Below, piece by piece: positions 19,770 through 30,598 of a stretch of DNA of 41,700 nucleotides. A model generated the notes under the pieces. That model was not told the origin of the DNA, made no database searches, and was given only the letters and a program-made list of their open reading frames with translations. Numbering within the stretch: position 1 is the stretch's first letter; the number at the start of each line of letters is the position of its first letter. The position numbers and the translations under genes are program-made. This DNA is from Candidatus Ignatzschineria merdigallinarum. Its GTDB lineage: Bacteria > Pseudomonadota > Gammaproteobacteria > Cardiobacteriales > Wohlfahrtiimonadaceae. The stretch lies in the NCBI GenBank assembly GCA_019113305.1, contig DXHP01000048.1, positions 1 through 41,700 of the forward strand. Reading direction: 5' to 3'.

Positions 19770-21149
19770 TTATTTTCTAAGTTCAAAGAGATCTTCCACT
19801 TCGGGAATACTCTCTTTATCGGTGATAAATAAGATTAGATGATCATTCTGTTCAATAAACATGGAGGGCTCAATCTTCATGACTTTTCCTCGGCGGATGA
19901 GTCCGGCAACCACAACATTTTCTGGCCAACGGATTCCTTCTAAGGATTTTCCAACGATTTTTGAGGTTTCGGCATTCCCGTGGGCAATAATCTCCATTGC
20001 TTCTGACTCGCCTGATCTAAGAGAGTATACCTGAACAATATCACCTTTTCTAATGTAAGTGAGCAGGGTGCTCAACGTAACTTGTTGCGGAGAGAAAGCG
20101 AGGTCAATATTTGACTCATCTTCGATCATTTCTAAGTAAGAAGAGCGATTAATGAGAGACATTGAAAATTTTGCGCCTAAGCGTTTTGCGAGCATCGCCG
20201 ACATGATATTGGTTTGATCATCATTGGTTAATGCGCAAAATAGATCTGTTTTTTCAATATTTTCTTCGAAGAGTAGGGCTTCATCGGTACAATCACCATG
20301 TAAAATCAGGCTTTTATTCAGTTTTGCAGCAAGATGATTAGCACGCTCGGCATTTGCCTCAATGAGCTTAACATGGGTAAATGATTCTAAAGCTTCAGCA
20401 AGTGAAGCGCCGATATTACCACCGCCTGCAATGGTAATACGTTTTGCTGAACGCTGTTTCGTTTGGAATTGTTCGATCACTTCTCGAGCATCAGAGCGAG
20501 CGCAGAGGAAGTAGACTTCATCATCTTCCTCTAAAATTGTATTCTCTTCGGGAATAAACTCCGTTCCTTCGCGGTATATCGCGACGTAATTAATATTTAA
20601 ATGTCGAGTACGGCGTTTAATTTTGGCAAAACGGCGACCATATAGTTGAGAGTCTTTTTCAACGCCCATGGAAACAATAAGCGCTTCTCCTTTTGAGAAG
20701 CGAAGGACATCTAGAGCACCTGGTAATTCGATGATGTTTTTGATGTAGTTGGTGATTAATGTTTCAGGACTGATCACGACATCAATATGGAAGGTGGAAT
20801 CGAGTTTGTTGCCAAAGAGGTCGCCATGACGCAGATAATCTTGTGAGCGAACTCGCGCAACTTTTAGTTTAATTCCAAAAACGGTATGAGCCACTTGGCA
20901 GGCGACGATATTTACCTCATCACTGGAGGTGACGGCAATAATGACATCCATGCTTTCAGCACCAGCTTCTTTTAACATCACTGGAGAGGCAGCATTTCCA
21001 CGAATAGTGCGAATATCATAGCGCTCTTTTAAAGCCGCTAATGGCTCATATTGATTATCAATAATCGTGATATCATTTTGTGCTTCTTTTGATAATACAT
21101 GGGCGACCGTTGAGCCAACTTGTCCGGCACCTAAAATCAGAATTTTCAT
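19770..21149 (-). CDS. trkA: Trk potassium uptake NAD-binding subunit (tandem RCK)
   Basis: 459 aa with two RCK Rossmann motifs ([16 protein letters not shown]), [25 protein letters not shown]. Confidence 0.95.
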   Translation of the reverse strand: MKILILGAGQVGSTVAHVLSKEAQNDITIIDNQYEPLAALKERYDIRTIRGNAASPVMLKEAGAESMDVIIAVTSSDEVNIVACQVAHTVFGIKLKVARVRSQDYLRHGDLFGNKLDSTFHIDVVISPETLITNYIKNIIELPGALDVLRFSKGEALIVSMGVEKDSQLYGRRFAKIKRRTRHLNINYVAIYREGTEFIPEENTILEEDDEVYFLCARSDAREVIEQFQTKQRSAKRITIAGGGNIGASLAEALESFTHVKLIEANAERANHLAAKLNKSLILHGDCTDEALLFEENIEKTDLFCALTNDDQTNIMSAMLAKRLGAKFSMSLINRSSYLEMIEDESNIDLAFSPQQVTLSTLLTYIRKGDIVQVYSLRSGESEAMEIIAHGNAETSKIVGKSLEGIRWPENVVVAGLIRRGKVMKIEPSMFIEQNDHLILFITDKESIPEVEDLFELRK

Positions 21150-21403
21150 TACTTCTATGGACCTTATTTATAACAGGGAAATCATACCGTAAATGCCGTT
21201 AAATTAGTACCTTTTTTCATAGCATTATGCTCTAGATATAAGATTTTAGGTGGGAAATATTTTAAAATGGACAAATTGATATCAAGTGGAAGCTATGGTA
21301 CAATTTTTGCCTTAAATTCCCGGGTAAGTCTTTGCATTATCTCGCTAAATCAGTTGGATAATCCTTTGAACTTACTAATCTTTGATCATTCAATAGATAA
21401 TGA

Positions 21404-21580
21404 TTCCTCGTTAGGTGAGGTTCCTATATGGTCGGAAGCTGTTGCCCAGAAATGTCGAGAGACACCAATGGGTCAGCAGGAATAATCGAATTAAGGTTAT
21501 TTCTAATACAGTGAGAATTTATATGGATTTATTTATCTCTATAAGTTCTAGCCATATAGTGCTAAAGTTTTTACGAAGGA
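21404..21580 (+). ncRNA. M-box (ykoK) Mg2+ riboswitch aptamer
   Basis: Conserved blocks in the expected order: cucguUAGGUGAGG-uuccUAUAUGG, GCUGUUGCCCAGAAAUGUCGAGAGACACCAAUGGGUCAGCAG, AUCGAAUUAAGGU, CCAUAUAGUGCUAAAG, UACGAAGGA closing P1; upstream of mgtE. Confidence 0.93.
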
Positions 21581-21901
21581 GGGGCCTTAACCCGTATCTC
21601 GAGAGTTCTCGTTAAGGCGTCAGAAGTCACTTTTAAGATAGGAAGTCATTAAAAGTAATCTTCGAGAATCCGTTATTTTTGAAGCTAGCAAAATGCTAAA
21701 GATCGATAAAAGCTTTATTGAGAGAGTTTCTCCAAAGTGATTGATAAATGACTTTGTTGATGAGGTTTTGACTGACTTTTAGATTTTGGATATTAGATTA
21801 ATATAGTAGCTTTTAAAGAAAGTAGCGTCCTTCAGGCTGTAACTTCATTCTAATTTTGTGAGAGATCATTATCGATCACGCCAAGTCATAGGAGGATGCT
21901 T

Positions 21902-22930
21902 ATGGTTCAACGTCAAGATGCAAAAAGACCACATGAGTTCGCAGAGGAAACCGTCGGATCTCTCATGGATTTCGATTTTATCTGTGTGCCAGAAACTTAT
22001 ACGGTGGGTGAGGCATTTAAGTATCTGAGGAAAAACGTTCACGGAAAAGCGAATATTCATTACAGCTATGTGATCGATCCTATGGGCGTATTGGTGGGTG
22101 TTCTCTCTTTGCGTGAATTATTGGGCGCTAATGAAGAGAGTATTCTGCACGATATTATGTCGCCAACCTCTTTGAAGCTTGATTACAATTTGGATCAGGA
22201 AAAAGCGGTCAAAATCTTCCAAGATTCAGACCTTGTCACACTTCCGGTGATCGATAGTAATGGTCGAATGATTGGGGTACTTCATGTTGATGAGATGATG
22301 GATGTTCTACAACAAGAAGCGACTGAAGATATTCATAAAATGGCATCGATTTCGGTGGATGACGATGAAGAAGTGAAAGGCTTGCTCGAATCATCGATGG
22401 CATGGCTTTATAAAAAGCGTATCGGTTGGTTAGTGATCTTAGTTTTTGTCAACTTACTTTCCGGCGCCGGCATTGCGAGTTATGAGGAATTACTAAATGA
22501 TCACATTTATGTAGTGTTTTTCTTGCCGCTATTGATTGCCAGTGGGGGAAATACGGGATCACAATCTACAACATTAGTAATACGGGCGATGGCGGTTGGT
22601 GATGTCACCATGCGAGATTGGGGCAAAGTCTTTGTGAAGGAAGCTTTTGTCTCCTTTGCCTTAGGATTAACAATGGCCGCGGCGATTGCCGTGATCGGTT
22701 ATTATCGCGGCAGTGATTATGGCGCTGGGACTGAAACAGCGATTATTATTGCCTTATCGATGGTGATTGTGGTGATGTTTGGGGGGCTTCTGGGTGCCGT
22801 GATTCCTTTTGTCTTTAGACTCTTTAACTTGGACCCTGCGACCGCAAGTACGCCATTAATCACATCTATCTGTGATATTGCTGGTGTATTTATCTATTTG
22901 GGTATTGCGAGTATGTTCTTGCAGCTATAA
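21902..22930 (+). CDS. mgtE: Magnesium transporter MgtE (CBS pair + transmembrane domain, no N domain)
   Basis: Two CBS domains, plug helix QQEATEDIHKMA, PLLIASGGNTGSQS, DPATASTPLITSICD. Start placed at ATG 21902, 6 nt after AGGAGG (21890-21895). Confidence 0.94.
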   Translation: MVQRQDAKRPHEFAEETVGSLMDFDFICVPETYTVGEAFKYLRKNVHGKANIHYSYVIDPMGVLVGVLSLRELLGANEESILHDIMSPTSLKLDYNLDQEKAVKIFQDSDLVTLPVIDSNGRMIGVLHVDEMMDVLQQEATEDIHKMASISVDDDEEVKGLLESSMAWLYKKRIGWLVILVFVNLLSGAGIASYEELLNDHIYVVFFLPLLIASGGNTGSQSTTLVIRAMAVGDVTMRDWGKVFVKEAFVSFALGLTMAAAIAVIGYYRGSDYGAGTETAIIIALSMVIVVMFGGLLGAVIPFVFRLFNLDPATASTPLITSICDIAGVFIYLGIASMFLQL

Positions 22931-22980
22931 AAGCGCCTAATTCAACATTATTGTTGTGATTTTGGAATCATATTTCTGCT

Positions 22981-23014
22981 ATGATCGGTGAATCAAATCA
23001 CCGATCATTTTTTT
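22981..23014 (+). terminator. Intrinsic terminator after mgtE
   Basis: atgatcggtga / tcaccgatcat followed by a T-run. Confidence 0.88.
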
Positions 23015-23037
23015 ATTAAGGAAAAGGAGCGCGTATA

Positions 23038-24312
23038 GTGGGAATGGCAAAACAGTGGCAAAAGAACTTTATGGGTTATTTGACATGGAAAAACCTCTCC
23101 GTTTCACTGCTTGGATTTTCATCAGGATTGCCGATCTTAATGACGCTCTCAACGCTCTCTTATTGGTTATCAAAATATGGTGTTGATAAAGAATCTATTG
23201 GTTTAGCATCATTATTGGGCTTGCCGTATCTTTTGAAATTCCTATGGGCACCATTTTTGGATCTGTTTCGTTTGCCTATTTTAGGAAAGCTAGGTCGACG
23301 AAAAGGATGGATTATCTTCTTTCAGGCAATCATTATGCTTGTTTTTTTCTCTTTAGCGATGATTGATCCGAAGGAAAATCCTTATTTGTTAGGGATTCTG
23401 ATTTTTCTTTTATCATGTGCTTCGGCAAGCCAAGATATAGTGGTGGATGCGTATCGTATCGATGCATTAACGGAAGATGAGCAAGCTTATGGTGCAAGTA
23501 GTTATTTCTTTATGTACCGCATGGCGATGCTATTAATGGGCGCCGGCGTTTTAGCATTATCAGATTATTTTTCTTGGACATTGATTTTTCAAGGTGTGGG
23601 GCTTTTAGTTGGCGTGATTTTGGTTTTAACGCTTTTTATTCCAGAAACGGAATCCCTCACCGCAAAAGCAAATGAGAAAAAAGAGTATACCAATCCACTC
23701 AAGCGATTTATTGAGGGATTTGAGCAGTTTTTTAAACGGGATTATGCGCTACTCTTTCTGTTATTAGTGGTTTGCTATAAGTTACCGGATGCGGTTTCTG
23801 GGGTAATGGTAACGCCTTTTTATAGTGAAATGGGCTATAGCGGCACACAGATTGGCGCCGTTTCAAAAATCTATGGACTTGTTGCAACATTAGTGGGCGC
23901 TTTTTTAGCTGCCGCAATTATCAATATTTTAGGGCTATATCGCAGCCTACTGATTTCGGCGATCTTAATTGGTGTTACCAATTTAGGTTATTTACTGATT
24001 ATTGCAAAGCCCGATATTACGATGTTGATGGTCGCCATTAGTGCGGAAAATTTTATTTCAGGATTTTCTACAGCCCTGTTTATTATGTTTTTAGGATTGT
24101 TATGTGATCGTAATGCATCAGCAACGCAATATGCCTTGCTAAGTGCCTTTTCGGCGTTTGGTTTGCGCGTATTGGGCGGAGCTTCGGGATATTTAGCAAC
24201 AGGATTGGGTTGGGAGAATTTCTTTATTGTGACTGCGGTGCTTTTTGTTCCGAGTTTAATTTTGATTGTGATCTTAAAATCCCAGATTCAAAAGTTAAAA
24301 GTAACGAGTTAA
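23038..24312 (+). CDS. ampG: AmpG-family muropeptide MFS permease
   Basis: LLGFSSGLP, LPYLLKFLWAPFLD, GRRKGW, SASQDIVVDAYRI, SATQYALLS. Confidence 0.9.
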   Translation: MGMAKQWQKNFMGYLTWKNLSVSLLGFSSGLPILMTLSTLSYWLSKYGVDKESIGLASLLGLPYLLKFLWAPFLDLFRLPILGKLGRRKGWIIFFQAIIMLVFFSLAMIDPKENPYLLGILIFLLSCASASQDIVVDAYRIDALTEDEQAYGASSYFFMYRMAMLLMGAGVLALSDYFSWTLIFQGVGLLVGVILVLTLFIPETESLTAKANEKKEYTNPLKRFIEGFEQFFKRDYALLFLLLVVCYKLPDAVSGVMVTPFYSEMGYSGTQIGAVSKIYGLVATLVGAFLAAAIINILGLYRSLLISAILIGVTNLGYLLIIAKPDITMLMVAISAENFISGFSTALFIMFLGLLCDRNASATQYALLSAFSAFGLRVLGGASGYLATGLGWENFFIVTAVLFVPSLILIVILKSQIQKLKVTS

Positions 24313-24354
24313 CTGATGATAAATGAAGCGACATTTTTGCTGCCGCAGAACGTG

Positions 24355-24401
24355 AAAAAGCCATTAATCTGATATCAATATGGATGAGATTAATGGCTTT
24401 T
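24355..24401. terminator. Bidirectional terminator between convergent ampG and FAH-family gene
   Basis: aaaagccattaatct / agattaatggctttt 15-bp inverted repeat. Confidence 0.85.
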
Positions 24402-24433
24402 GTGTATCTGATGTTTATAAAAGAGATTACAAA

Positions 24434-25093
24434 TTACTTCTCAATTTTAAAGTCGGCAGTAATAAGGTTTTCAAGTGTTAAATTTAAAGTATCTCCGGCA
24501 GCGAGTTGTCCAACGCCTTCAGGTGTTCCGGTATAGATTAAATCACCTGCTGAAAGTCCGTAAACGTGAGAGAGATAGCTAATGATCTCGGCAATGGTGT
24601 AGAGCATCATTTTCGAGTTGCCATCTTGTTTTAAAGTGCCGTTTTGTGTGAATGTAAATTGAATATCTTTGGGATTCTCGATTTTATCAGCATTAATAAA
24701 GTCGCTGACAATCGCTGCTGCCGGGAATCCTTTACATTTTGTCCAAGGTTCCCCTTTTTTCTTAATAATATCTTGCAGATCACGAGCGGTCAGATCAAGT
24801 CCAACGCCGTAGCCACCAATGACAGCGAGAGCTTCATCTGAGGTCAGGTTGCGAGCATCTTTAGCAATATAAATCACTAATTCTGCTTCATAGTGCACAG
24901 AATTGGAAAATGCCGGCAATGTGATTGAGTCATCTTTTTGTGCTAGTGCTGAAGTAGGTTTTAGGAAAACAAGCGGTTCTGTCGGTGTTTCATTATTGAG
25001 TTCTTCAATATGCTTGGCATAGTTACGACCAATACAGAAGATGTTTTGAATAGGAAGCTGTTGATTTTCTAAAGTAATCGTTGGCTTAGACAT
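24434..25093 (-). CDS. Fumarylacetoacetate hydrolase family protein (YcgM/FAHD1-like)
   Basis: IFCIGRNYAKHIEEL, FLKP, VHYEAEL, GLDLTARDLQ, PWTKCKGF, GDLIYTGTPEGVG. Confidence 0.93.
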   Translation of the reverse strand: MSKPTITLENQQLPIQNIFCIGRNYAKHIEELNNETPTEPLVFLKPTSALAQKDDSITLPAFSNSVHYEAELVIYIAKDARNLTSDEALAVIGGYGVGLDLTARDLQDIIKKKGEPWTKCKGFPAAAIVSDFINADKIENPKDIQFTFTQNGTLKQDGNSKMMLYTIAEIISYLSHVYGLSAGDLIYTGTPEGVGQLAAGDTLNLTLENLITADFKIEK

Positions 25094-25435
25094 AATTGAT
25101 GCTCCTTTGTAAATGTGATTAATTCTATTTATTCGTTATTTTTTAATTTTTTACAGCTTTTAAAAGTCTTTATCGATTCTAGTATAAAAGTCATAGGATT
25201 GCTTATCTTTACGATAATCTCACATAATTTTGGAAGAAAATTCGATGAAATATTGGGGTTATAGTGACTTCATTGAAGGTTCTTTTTAGAGGCGCCAATA
25301 GATTGGATGTGGCGCTAATTTGTTACAGATCTTTTTTTATTGCAAAAATCTGACGAATTGGCTAAATAAGTGGCATTATAAAAAGAATCTCAATAATGCT
25401 GTGCCATAATAGTTCATTCATGAAATGAGGTGGTT

Positions 25436-25867
25436 ATGATTAAAAGTAGTATGTTAAATAGTAGTATTCATCGAGTATTAGCAACGCTTGGACACACAGA
25501 TCAAATCGTGATTGCAGATGCCGGTTTGCCCATCCCTCAAAGTACCGAGCGAATTGATTTGGCGCTTATTGCCGGCGTACCAAGTTTTATCGACACTTTA
25601 AAAGCGATTTTGCCAATAATGCAAGTTGAAAAGGTCATTTTAGCAGCAGAGATTCGAGCTGAAAATTCAGTGCTTCATGAAGAATTATTACAATTAATCA
25701 CTTATTATTCTGAGCTTGATTCAAATAGAAAGCCGATTGAAATGATCTATGTGCCACATGAGGCATTTAAAGCACAGACGCGACTTGATTCCTGTAAAGC
25801 AGTGATTCGTACCGGAGAATGTTCGCCTTATGCCAATATCATTTTAGAATCTGGCGTGGTGTTTTAA
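25436..25867 (+). CDS. rbsD: D-ribose pyranase
   Basis: [55 protein letters not shown] 25436 preferred over GTG 25430. Confidence 0.95.
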   Translation: MIKSSMLNSSIHRVLATLGHTDQIVIADAGLPIPQSTERIDLALIAGVPSFIDTLKAILPIMQVEKVILAAEIRAENSVLHEELLQLITYYSELDSNRKPIEMIYVPHEAFKAQTRLDSCKAVIRTGECSPYANIILESGVVF

Positions 25868-25869
25868 AT

Positions 25870-27399
25870 ATGACAGAACGTTATTTAAGTATTCAAGGGG
25901 TAAGTAAATCTTTCCCGGGAGTGAAGGCACTTGATAAAGTCAGCCTGAATGTTTATGCCGGCAAAGTGATGGCATTATTGGGTGAAAATGGTGCGGGAAA
26001 ATCTACTTTAATGAAAGTATTGACCGGCATTTATAGCAAGGATGAAGGGGAAATTGAGTATCTGGGGGAAAATATCACCTTTAAAAATCCTCGAGATTCT
26101 CAAATTGCTGGGATTGGTATTATTCATCAAGAGTTAAATCTGATTCCTGAACTCTCAATTGCTGAGAATATCTTTCTAGGGCGCGAATTTACCAATCGTT
26201 TAGGCTGCATTAATTGGCAGAAAATGCATGAGGAAGCGGCGCGTTTACTAAAACGACTCAATATTCCTTATAGTACGCAGACACTTTTAGGCGATCTCTC
26301 GATTGGCGGTCAGCAGATGGTTGAGATTGCGAAAGTTCTCAGTTATGAAACAAAAGTGATCATTATGGATGAGCCGACCGATGCTTTAACAGATACCGAA
26401 ACGACAGCATTGTTTAAAGTGATTCGGGAGCTCAAAGAAGATGGTGTCGGAATTGTTTATATTTCTCATCGATTAAAAGAGATTTTTGAAATTTGCGATG
26501 ATGTAACTGTGATTCGTGATGGGCAATTTGTCGCAGAAAAATCTGTCAGTGAATTGACGGAAGATAAGCTCATTGAACTGATGGTTGGGCGCAAGCTGGA
26601 AGATCAATATCCTCGTTTAGCGCAGGAAGTCGGTGAAACAATATTAAACGTGCAGGATCTACATGGCGCGGGTGTCAATGGTGTCAGTTTTTCTCTGAGA
26701 AAAGGAGAAATTCTCGGTATTGCCGGATTGATGGGTTCTGGTCGAACAGAGTTGATGAAAGCGATTTACGGCGCAAATAGTAAAAAGGGTGGTCGTTTAG
26801 AACTAGAAGGAAAAACGATCACGATTCGCTCAGCCATTGATGCGCTAAAGCAGGGAATTGTCTATATTTCAGAAGATCGTAAGCGCGATGGTTTAGTGTT
26901 ATCAATGACGGTTAAAGAAAATATGACGTTAAGTTCTCTCGATTTTTTCAAAGGGAAAGCGAATAACCTGCGTTTAAAAGAGGAGATCTTGGCGGTTAAA
27001 GAATATGTGGATGCTTTTAATATTAAAACGCCCCATATTGAGCAAAATATCGCTCTACTTTCTGGAGGAAACCAACAGAAGATTGCGATCGCGAAAGGTT
27101 TAATGACACAACCCAAAGTGCTTATTTTGGACGAGCCGACTCGTGGCGTTGATGTCGGTGCGAAGAAAGAGATTTATGAGTTAATCAATGAATTTAAATC
27201 CCGAGGATTAAGTGTGATTTTAGTTTCTTCTGAAATGCCGGAAGTATTAGGTATGAGTGATCGAATTTTAGTCATGCATGAAGGAACGATTACAGCGGAG
27301 CTTTCTCGTGATGAAGCAACGCAAGAGAAAATTATGGCAGCAGCCGTGGGAAAAGTCTCAAAGAATGAAGAAGGAGTTGCGTCATGCAGCAAGGAATGA
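25870..27399 (+). CDS. rbsA: Ribose ABC transporter ATP-binding protein
   Basis: Two-NBD sugar ATPase: [53 protein letters not shown]. Start at ATG 25870 just after the rbsD stop. Confidence 0.95.
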   Translation: MTERYLSIQGVSKSFPGVKALDKVSLNVYAGKVMALLGENGAGKSTLMKVLTGIYSKDEGEIEYLGENITFKNPRDSQIAGIGIIHQELNLIPELSIAENIFLGREFTNRLGCINWQKMHEEAARLLKRLNIPYSTQTLLGDLSIGGQQMVEIAKVLSYETKVIIMDEPTDALTDTETTALFKVIRELKEDGVGIVYISHRLKEIFEICDDVTVIRDGQFVAEKSVSELTEDKLIELMVGRKLEDQYPRLAQEVGETILNVQDLHGAGVNGVSFSLRKGEILGIAGLMGSGRTELMKAIYGANSKKGGRLELEGKTITIRSAIDALKQGIVYISEDRKRDGLVLSMTVKENMTLSSLDFFKGKANNLRLKEEILAVKEYVDAFNIKTPHIEQNIALLSGGNQQKIAIAKGLMTQPKVLILDEPTRGVDVGAKKEIYELINEFKSRGLSVILVSSEMPEVLGMSDRILVMHEGTITAELSRDEATQEKIMAAAVGKVSKNEEGVASCSKE

Positions 27400-28334
27400 T
27401 GAAAAAATTTTTAATCGAGCAGAAGTCGCTTATTGCCTTAGTCGTTTTGATTATTGGTGTTTCAACGTTAAATGAAAATTTCTTTACACTCAATAATATC
27501 TTCAATATTTTACAGCAAACATCCGTGAATGCCATTATTGCGGTGGGAATGACATTGGTCATTTTAACGAGCGGTATTGATCTTTCGGTGGGTTCTGTCT
27601 TTGCATTAACGGGCGCGGTTGCGGCATCAATTATTGGTCATGATCTAAATCCCTTTATCGCTGTGGTTGCAGCATTAGGGTTAGGCGCATTTATCGGCTT
27701 TGGTTCTGGTGTCATTATCGCTAAAGGAAAGCTGCAAGCATTTATTGCAACTTTGGTCATGATGCTCATTATTCGTGGTGCAACGCAAGTTTATACGCAA
27801 GGAAGTCCGATTGGGCTTGGCATGAGTGATTATGCTTATATGTTTGAGTGGATTGGTTTTGGTCGTCTGTTTGGGATTCCGATGCCGATTATCATTATGG
27901 CGATCGTATTTTTGATGGCTTGGTACATCTTAAAATATACCAAGCTTGGCCGTCATATTTATGCGGTTGGTGGTAATGAATCTGCCACAAGATTGTCCGG
28001 CATTAATGTTGATCGTGTGAAAATTATTGTTTATATGATCAGTGGACTTTTGTGTGCGATTGCAGCAATGATCGAAGTATCAAGACTGTCATCAGCGCAG
28101 CCCACTGCCGGAATGGGGTATGAAATGGATGCGATTGCTGCTGTTGTTCTCGGCGGTACAAGTATGGCAGGCGGTCGTGGAAAAATTATCGGAACATTGA
28201 TCGGCGCGTTGATTCTAGGATTTTTAAATAATGGCATGAATCTTCTCGGCGTTGATGCGTATTATCAGATGATTGTTAAAGGTGCAGTGATTTTATTAGC
28301 AGTATTAATCGATAATAAAACCACTCGTGCGTAG
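27384..28334 (+). CDS. rbsC: Ribose ABC transporter permease
   Basis: [66 protein letters not shown]. Confidence 0.95.
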   Translation: MQQGMMKKFLIEQKSLIALVVLIIGVSTLNENFFTLNNIFNILQQTSVNAIIAVGMTLVILTSGIDLSVGSVFALTGAVAASIIGHDLNPFIAVVAALGLGAFIGFGSGVIIAKGKLQAFIATLVMMLIIRGATQVYTQGSPIGLGMSDYAYMFEWIGFGRLFGIPMPIIIMAIVFLMAWYILKYTKLGRHIYAVGGNESATRLSGINVDRVKIIVYMISGLLCAIAAMIEVSRLSSAQPTAGMGYEMDAIAAVVLGGTSMAGGRGKIIGTLIGALILGFLNNGMNLLGVDAYYQMIVKGAVILLAVLIDNKTTRA

Positions 28335-28360
28335 TTCTATTCAAAGAAGGAGTATTCAAT

Positions 28361-29248
28361 ATGAAGAAAAAAATGTTAAAAACAGCAATGATTGCGGCTC
28401 TCGGATTAGGTTTAATGGGAACAAGCGCATTGGCACAAGAAAAGATTGCGCTGGTTGTATCGACGTTAAATAACCCATTTTTTGTGACATTAAAAGATGG
28501 TGCGGTGGATAAGGCGAAAGAGTTAGGTTATGAATTAGTCGTCTTAGATTCGCAAAATAATCCGGCAAAAGAGCTGGCGAATGTGGAAGATATTTTAGTG
28601 AAAGGCACAAAAGTGCTTCTGATTAATCCGACAGATTCAGATGCTGTCGGTAATGCCGTATTAGCCGCAAATAGAGCCGGCGTTCCGGTGATTACACTCG
28701 ATAGAGCGAGTGCGAAGGGCGAGGTTGTGAGTCATATTGCTTCAGATAATATTGCCGGCGGTAAAACGGCGGGAGATTATATTGTTGAAAGGATTGGTAG
28801 TGATGCGAAAGTGATCCAGCTACAAGGAATTGTCGGAACTTCAGCATCTCGTGAGCGCGGGGAAGGTTTTAAACAATCTCAGATTGCGAATGGTTTTGAT
28901 ATTATTGCCGCACAACCTGCTGATTTTGATCGTGCGAAGGGGATGAATGTGATGCAAAATCTTTTAACGGCAAATCCGAATGTACAAGCCGTATTTGCTG
29001 AAAATGATGAGATGGCACTTGGCGCGGTAAGGGCTATTCGTTCTGCCGGTAAAGATAATATATTAGTTGTCGGATTTGATGGCACAGATGATGCGATTAA
29101 AGCGGTTGAGCGTGGGCAAATGGCGGCAACAATTGCGCAACAACCAGATCTAATCGGCGCAAAAGGAGTGGAAGCAGCGCAGCTTATTATCAAGGGAGAA
29201 ACGCCAGATGCGAATATTCCTGTAGAGTTAAAGGTCATTGCAAAATAA
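28361..29248 (+). CDS. rbsB: Ribose ABC transporter periplasmic binding protein
   Basis: Signal peptide, then [62 protein letters not shown]. Confidence 0.95.
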   Translation: MKKKMLKTAMIAALGLGLMGTSALAQEKIALVVSTLNNPFFVTLKDGAVDKAKELGYELVVLDSQNNPAKELANVEDILVKGTKVLLINPTDSDAVGNAVLAANRAGVPVITLDRASAKGEVVSHIASDNIAGGKTAGDYIVERIGSDAKVIQLQGIVGTSASRERGEGFKQSQIANGFDIIAAQPADFDRAKGMNVMQNLLTANPNVQAVFAENDEMALGAVRAIRSAGKDNILVVGFDGTDDAIKAVERGQMAATIAQQPDLIGAKGVEAAQLIIKGETPDANIPVELKVIAK

Positions 29249-29283
29249 GCTTGATACGAAGATCGAGAATTGATAATGCATCT

Positions 29284-29311
29284 AAAAAGCTCAGACTCTC
29301 TGAGCTTTTTT
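29284..29311 (+). terminator. Intrinsic terminator after rbsB
   Basis: aaaaagctcaga / tctgagctttttt. Confidence 0.88.
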
Positions 29312-29660
29312 AATGAGTTAGAAGAACATGAGGAAGTACATCTCACTTGATATCACCGTTGTTGTTTAAGAAAATTCGTTATTACTGTTGATGAGGGATT
29401 GGTGAAAGTGTGGAAACGTTCTTTTGGGAGAGATATTGATTTTTAAAAGTGCTTTTAATTAGATAGTTTCAAATCAATTTTGTGATATTTATTTTGGCAA
29501 TTAGCACGATTATTGACTAGGTATTTCCTGGGATCATCTTAGTTCTTTGAGGATTTCAGGTATACTAACGGCTATTGAATCTAAAGTATGAGGATTGATG
29601 GTAGGTGAATCGATCATTTTCATATGATGCAAGCCAATTAATTAGAGAAAAGATAACGAG

Positions 29661-30410
29661 ATGAATCATTTAGAGTTAGAAAAAATCATTAATAAAAAAT
29701 TAAATAGTGATGCTATTAAGGATTATGTGCCTAACGGATTACAAATTGAAGGGCGTGAAAGTATTCAAAAAATCTTAACGGGCGTCACCGCAAGTTTAGA
29801 GTTTATTGATGCCGCAATTGCTCGTAATGTCGATGCTGTGATTGTTCATCATGGATATTTTTGGAAGAGTGAAACGCCGGTAATTCGCGGTATGAAATAT
29901 GCGCGTATTAAAAAGCTGATTGAAAATGGTATTAATCTTTATGCCTATCATTTACCACTTGATCTTCATGCTGAACTTGGGAATAATGTGCAACTTGCAA
30001 AAATGTGGAATATTCAAGATGTTATGCCGATTTCAGAGCAGCAACCTTTGGTGTTAACCGGAAATCTCTCTCAGGAGATCTCGGTGGATGAGTTTTCTCA
30101 AATGATTGAAACCAGTTTAGATAGAAAACCATTTATTGAGGCTTCAGGTCCAAAAATGATTAAGCGCATCGCCTGGTGTTCTGGTGCCGCGCAAGATTAC
30201 TTAGAAGATGCTGCAAATGCCGGATTTGATGCCTTTATTACGGGTGAAGTTTCTGAAAGGACTATCTATATCGCAAGGGAATTAGGGATTCATTTCATTG
30301 CCGCCGGACATCATGCGACGGAAAGAGATGGTGTTAAAGCGCTCGGTCAATGGTTGGCGCAAGAATATTCTTTTGATGTGGAGTTTATAGATATTAATAA
30401 TCCGATATAA
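29661..30410 (+). CDS. ybgI: Nif3-like dinuclear metal center hexameric protein (YbgI/DUF34, short form)
   Basis: DYVPNGLQIEG, GVTAS, IVHHGYFW, YHLPLDLH, GNN, FITGEVSE, AGHHATE. Confidence 0.92.
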   Translation: MNHLELEKIINKKLNSDAIKDYVPNGLQIEGRESIQKILTGVTASLEFIDAAIARNVDAVIVHHGYFWKSETPVIRGMKYARIKKLIENGINLYAYHLPLDLHAELGNNVQLAKMWNIQDVMPISEQQPLVLTGNLSQEISVDEFSQMIETSLDRKPFIEASGPKMIKRIAWCSGAAQDYLEDAANAGFDAFITGEVSERTIYIARELGIHFIAAGHHATERDGVKALGQWLAQEYSFDVEFIDINNPI

Positions 30411-30598
30411 TGATTTAAGTAATTAATTGAGGATTATCCTATCTAATATTGTGGATAGGATATTGAATTCATAATCATGAATTTATACAAATGATGTTAA
30501 AACACGAAGAATAAAAGCTGTCTAAATACGCATAAGACAGCTCGTTTTCATTTAAAATACGTTAAAATAAGAGCGTGTTTTAGAAAGGGAAAGACATT

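Noticed and set aside
21267-21615. Two short plus-strand ORFs (72 and 66 aa) upstream of mgtE
   Set aside because: They overlap the M-box aptamer, which explains the sequence.
21693-21740. 15-codon ORF (MLKIDKSFIERVSPK) in the mgtE leader as an MgtL-like peptide
   Set aside because: No SD sequence and only one Pro; MgtL-type peptides are Pro-rich.
25819-25869. TTG start extending rbsA into rbsD
   Set aside because: Homology begins near ATG 25870; the extension is just rbsD in another frame.
28879-29346. 155-aa antisense ORF over rbsB
   Set aside because: Ala/Ser/Ile-rich mirror frame typical of a strongly coding opposite strand.
30435-30541. Two short hairpins between Nif3 and tamB
   Set aside because: Short AT-rich stems without clear U-tracts; no function can be supported.
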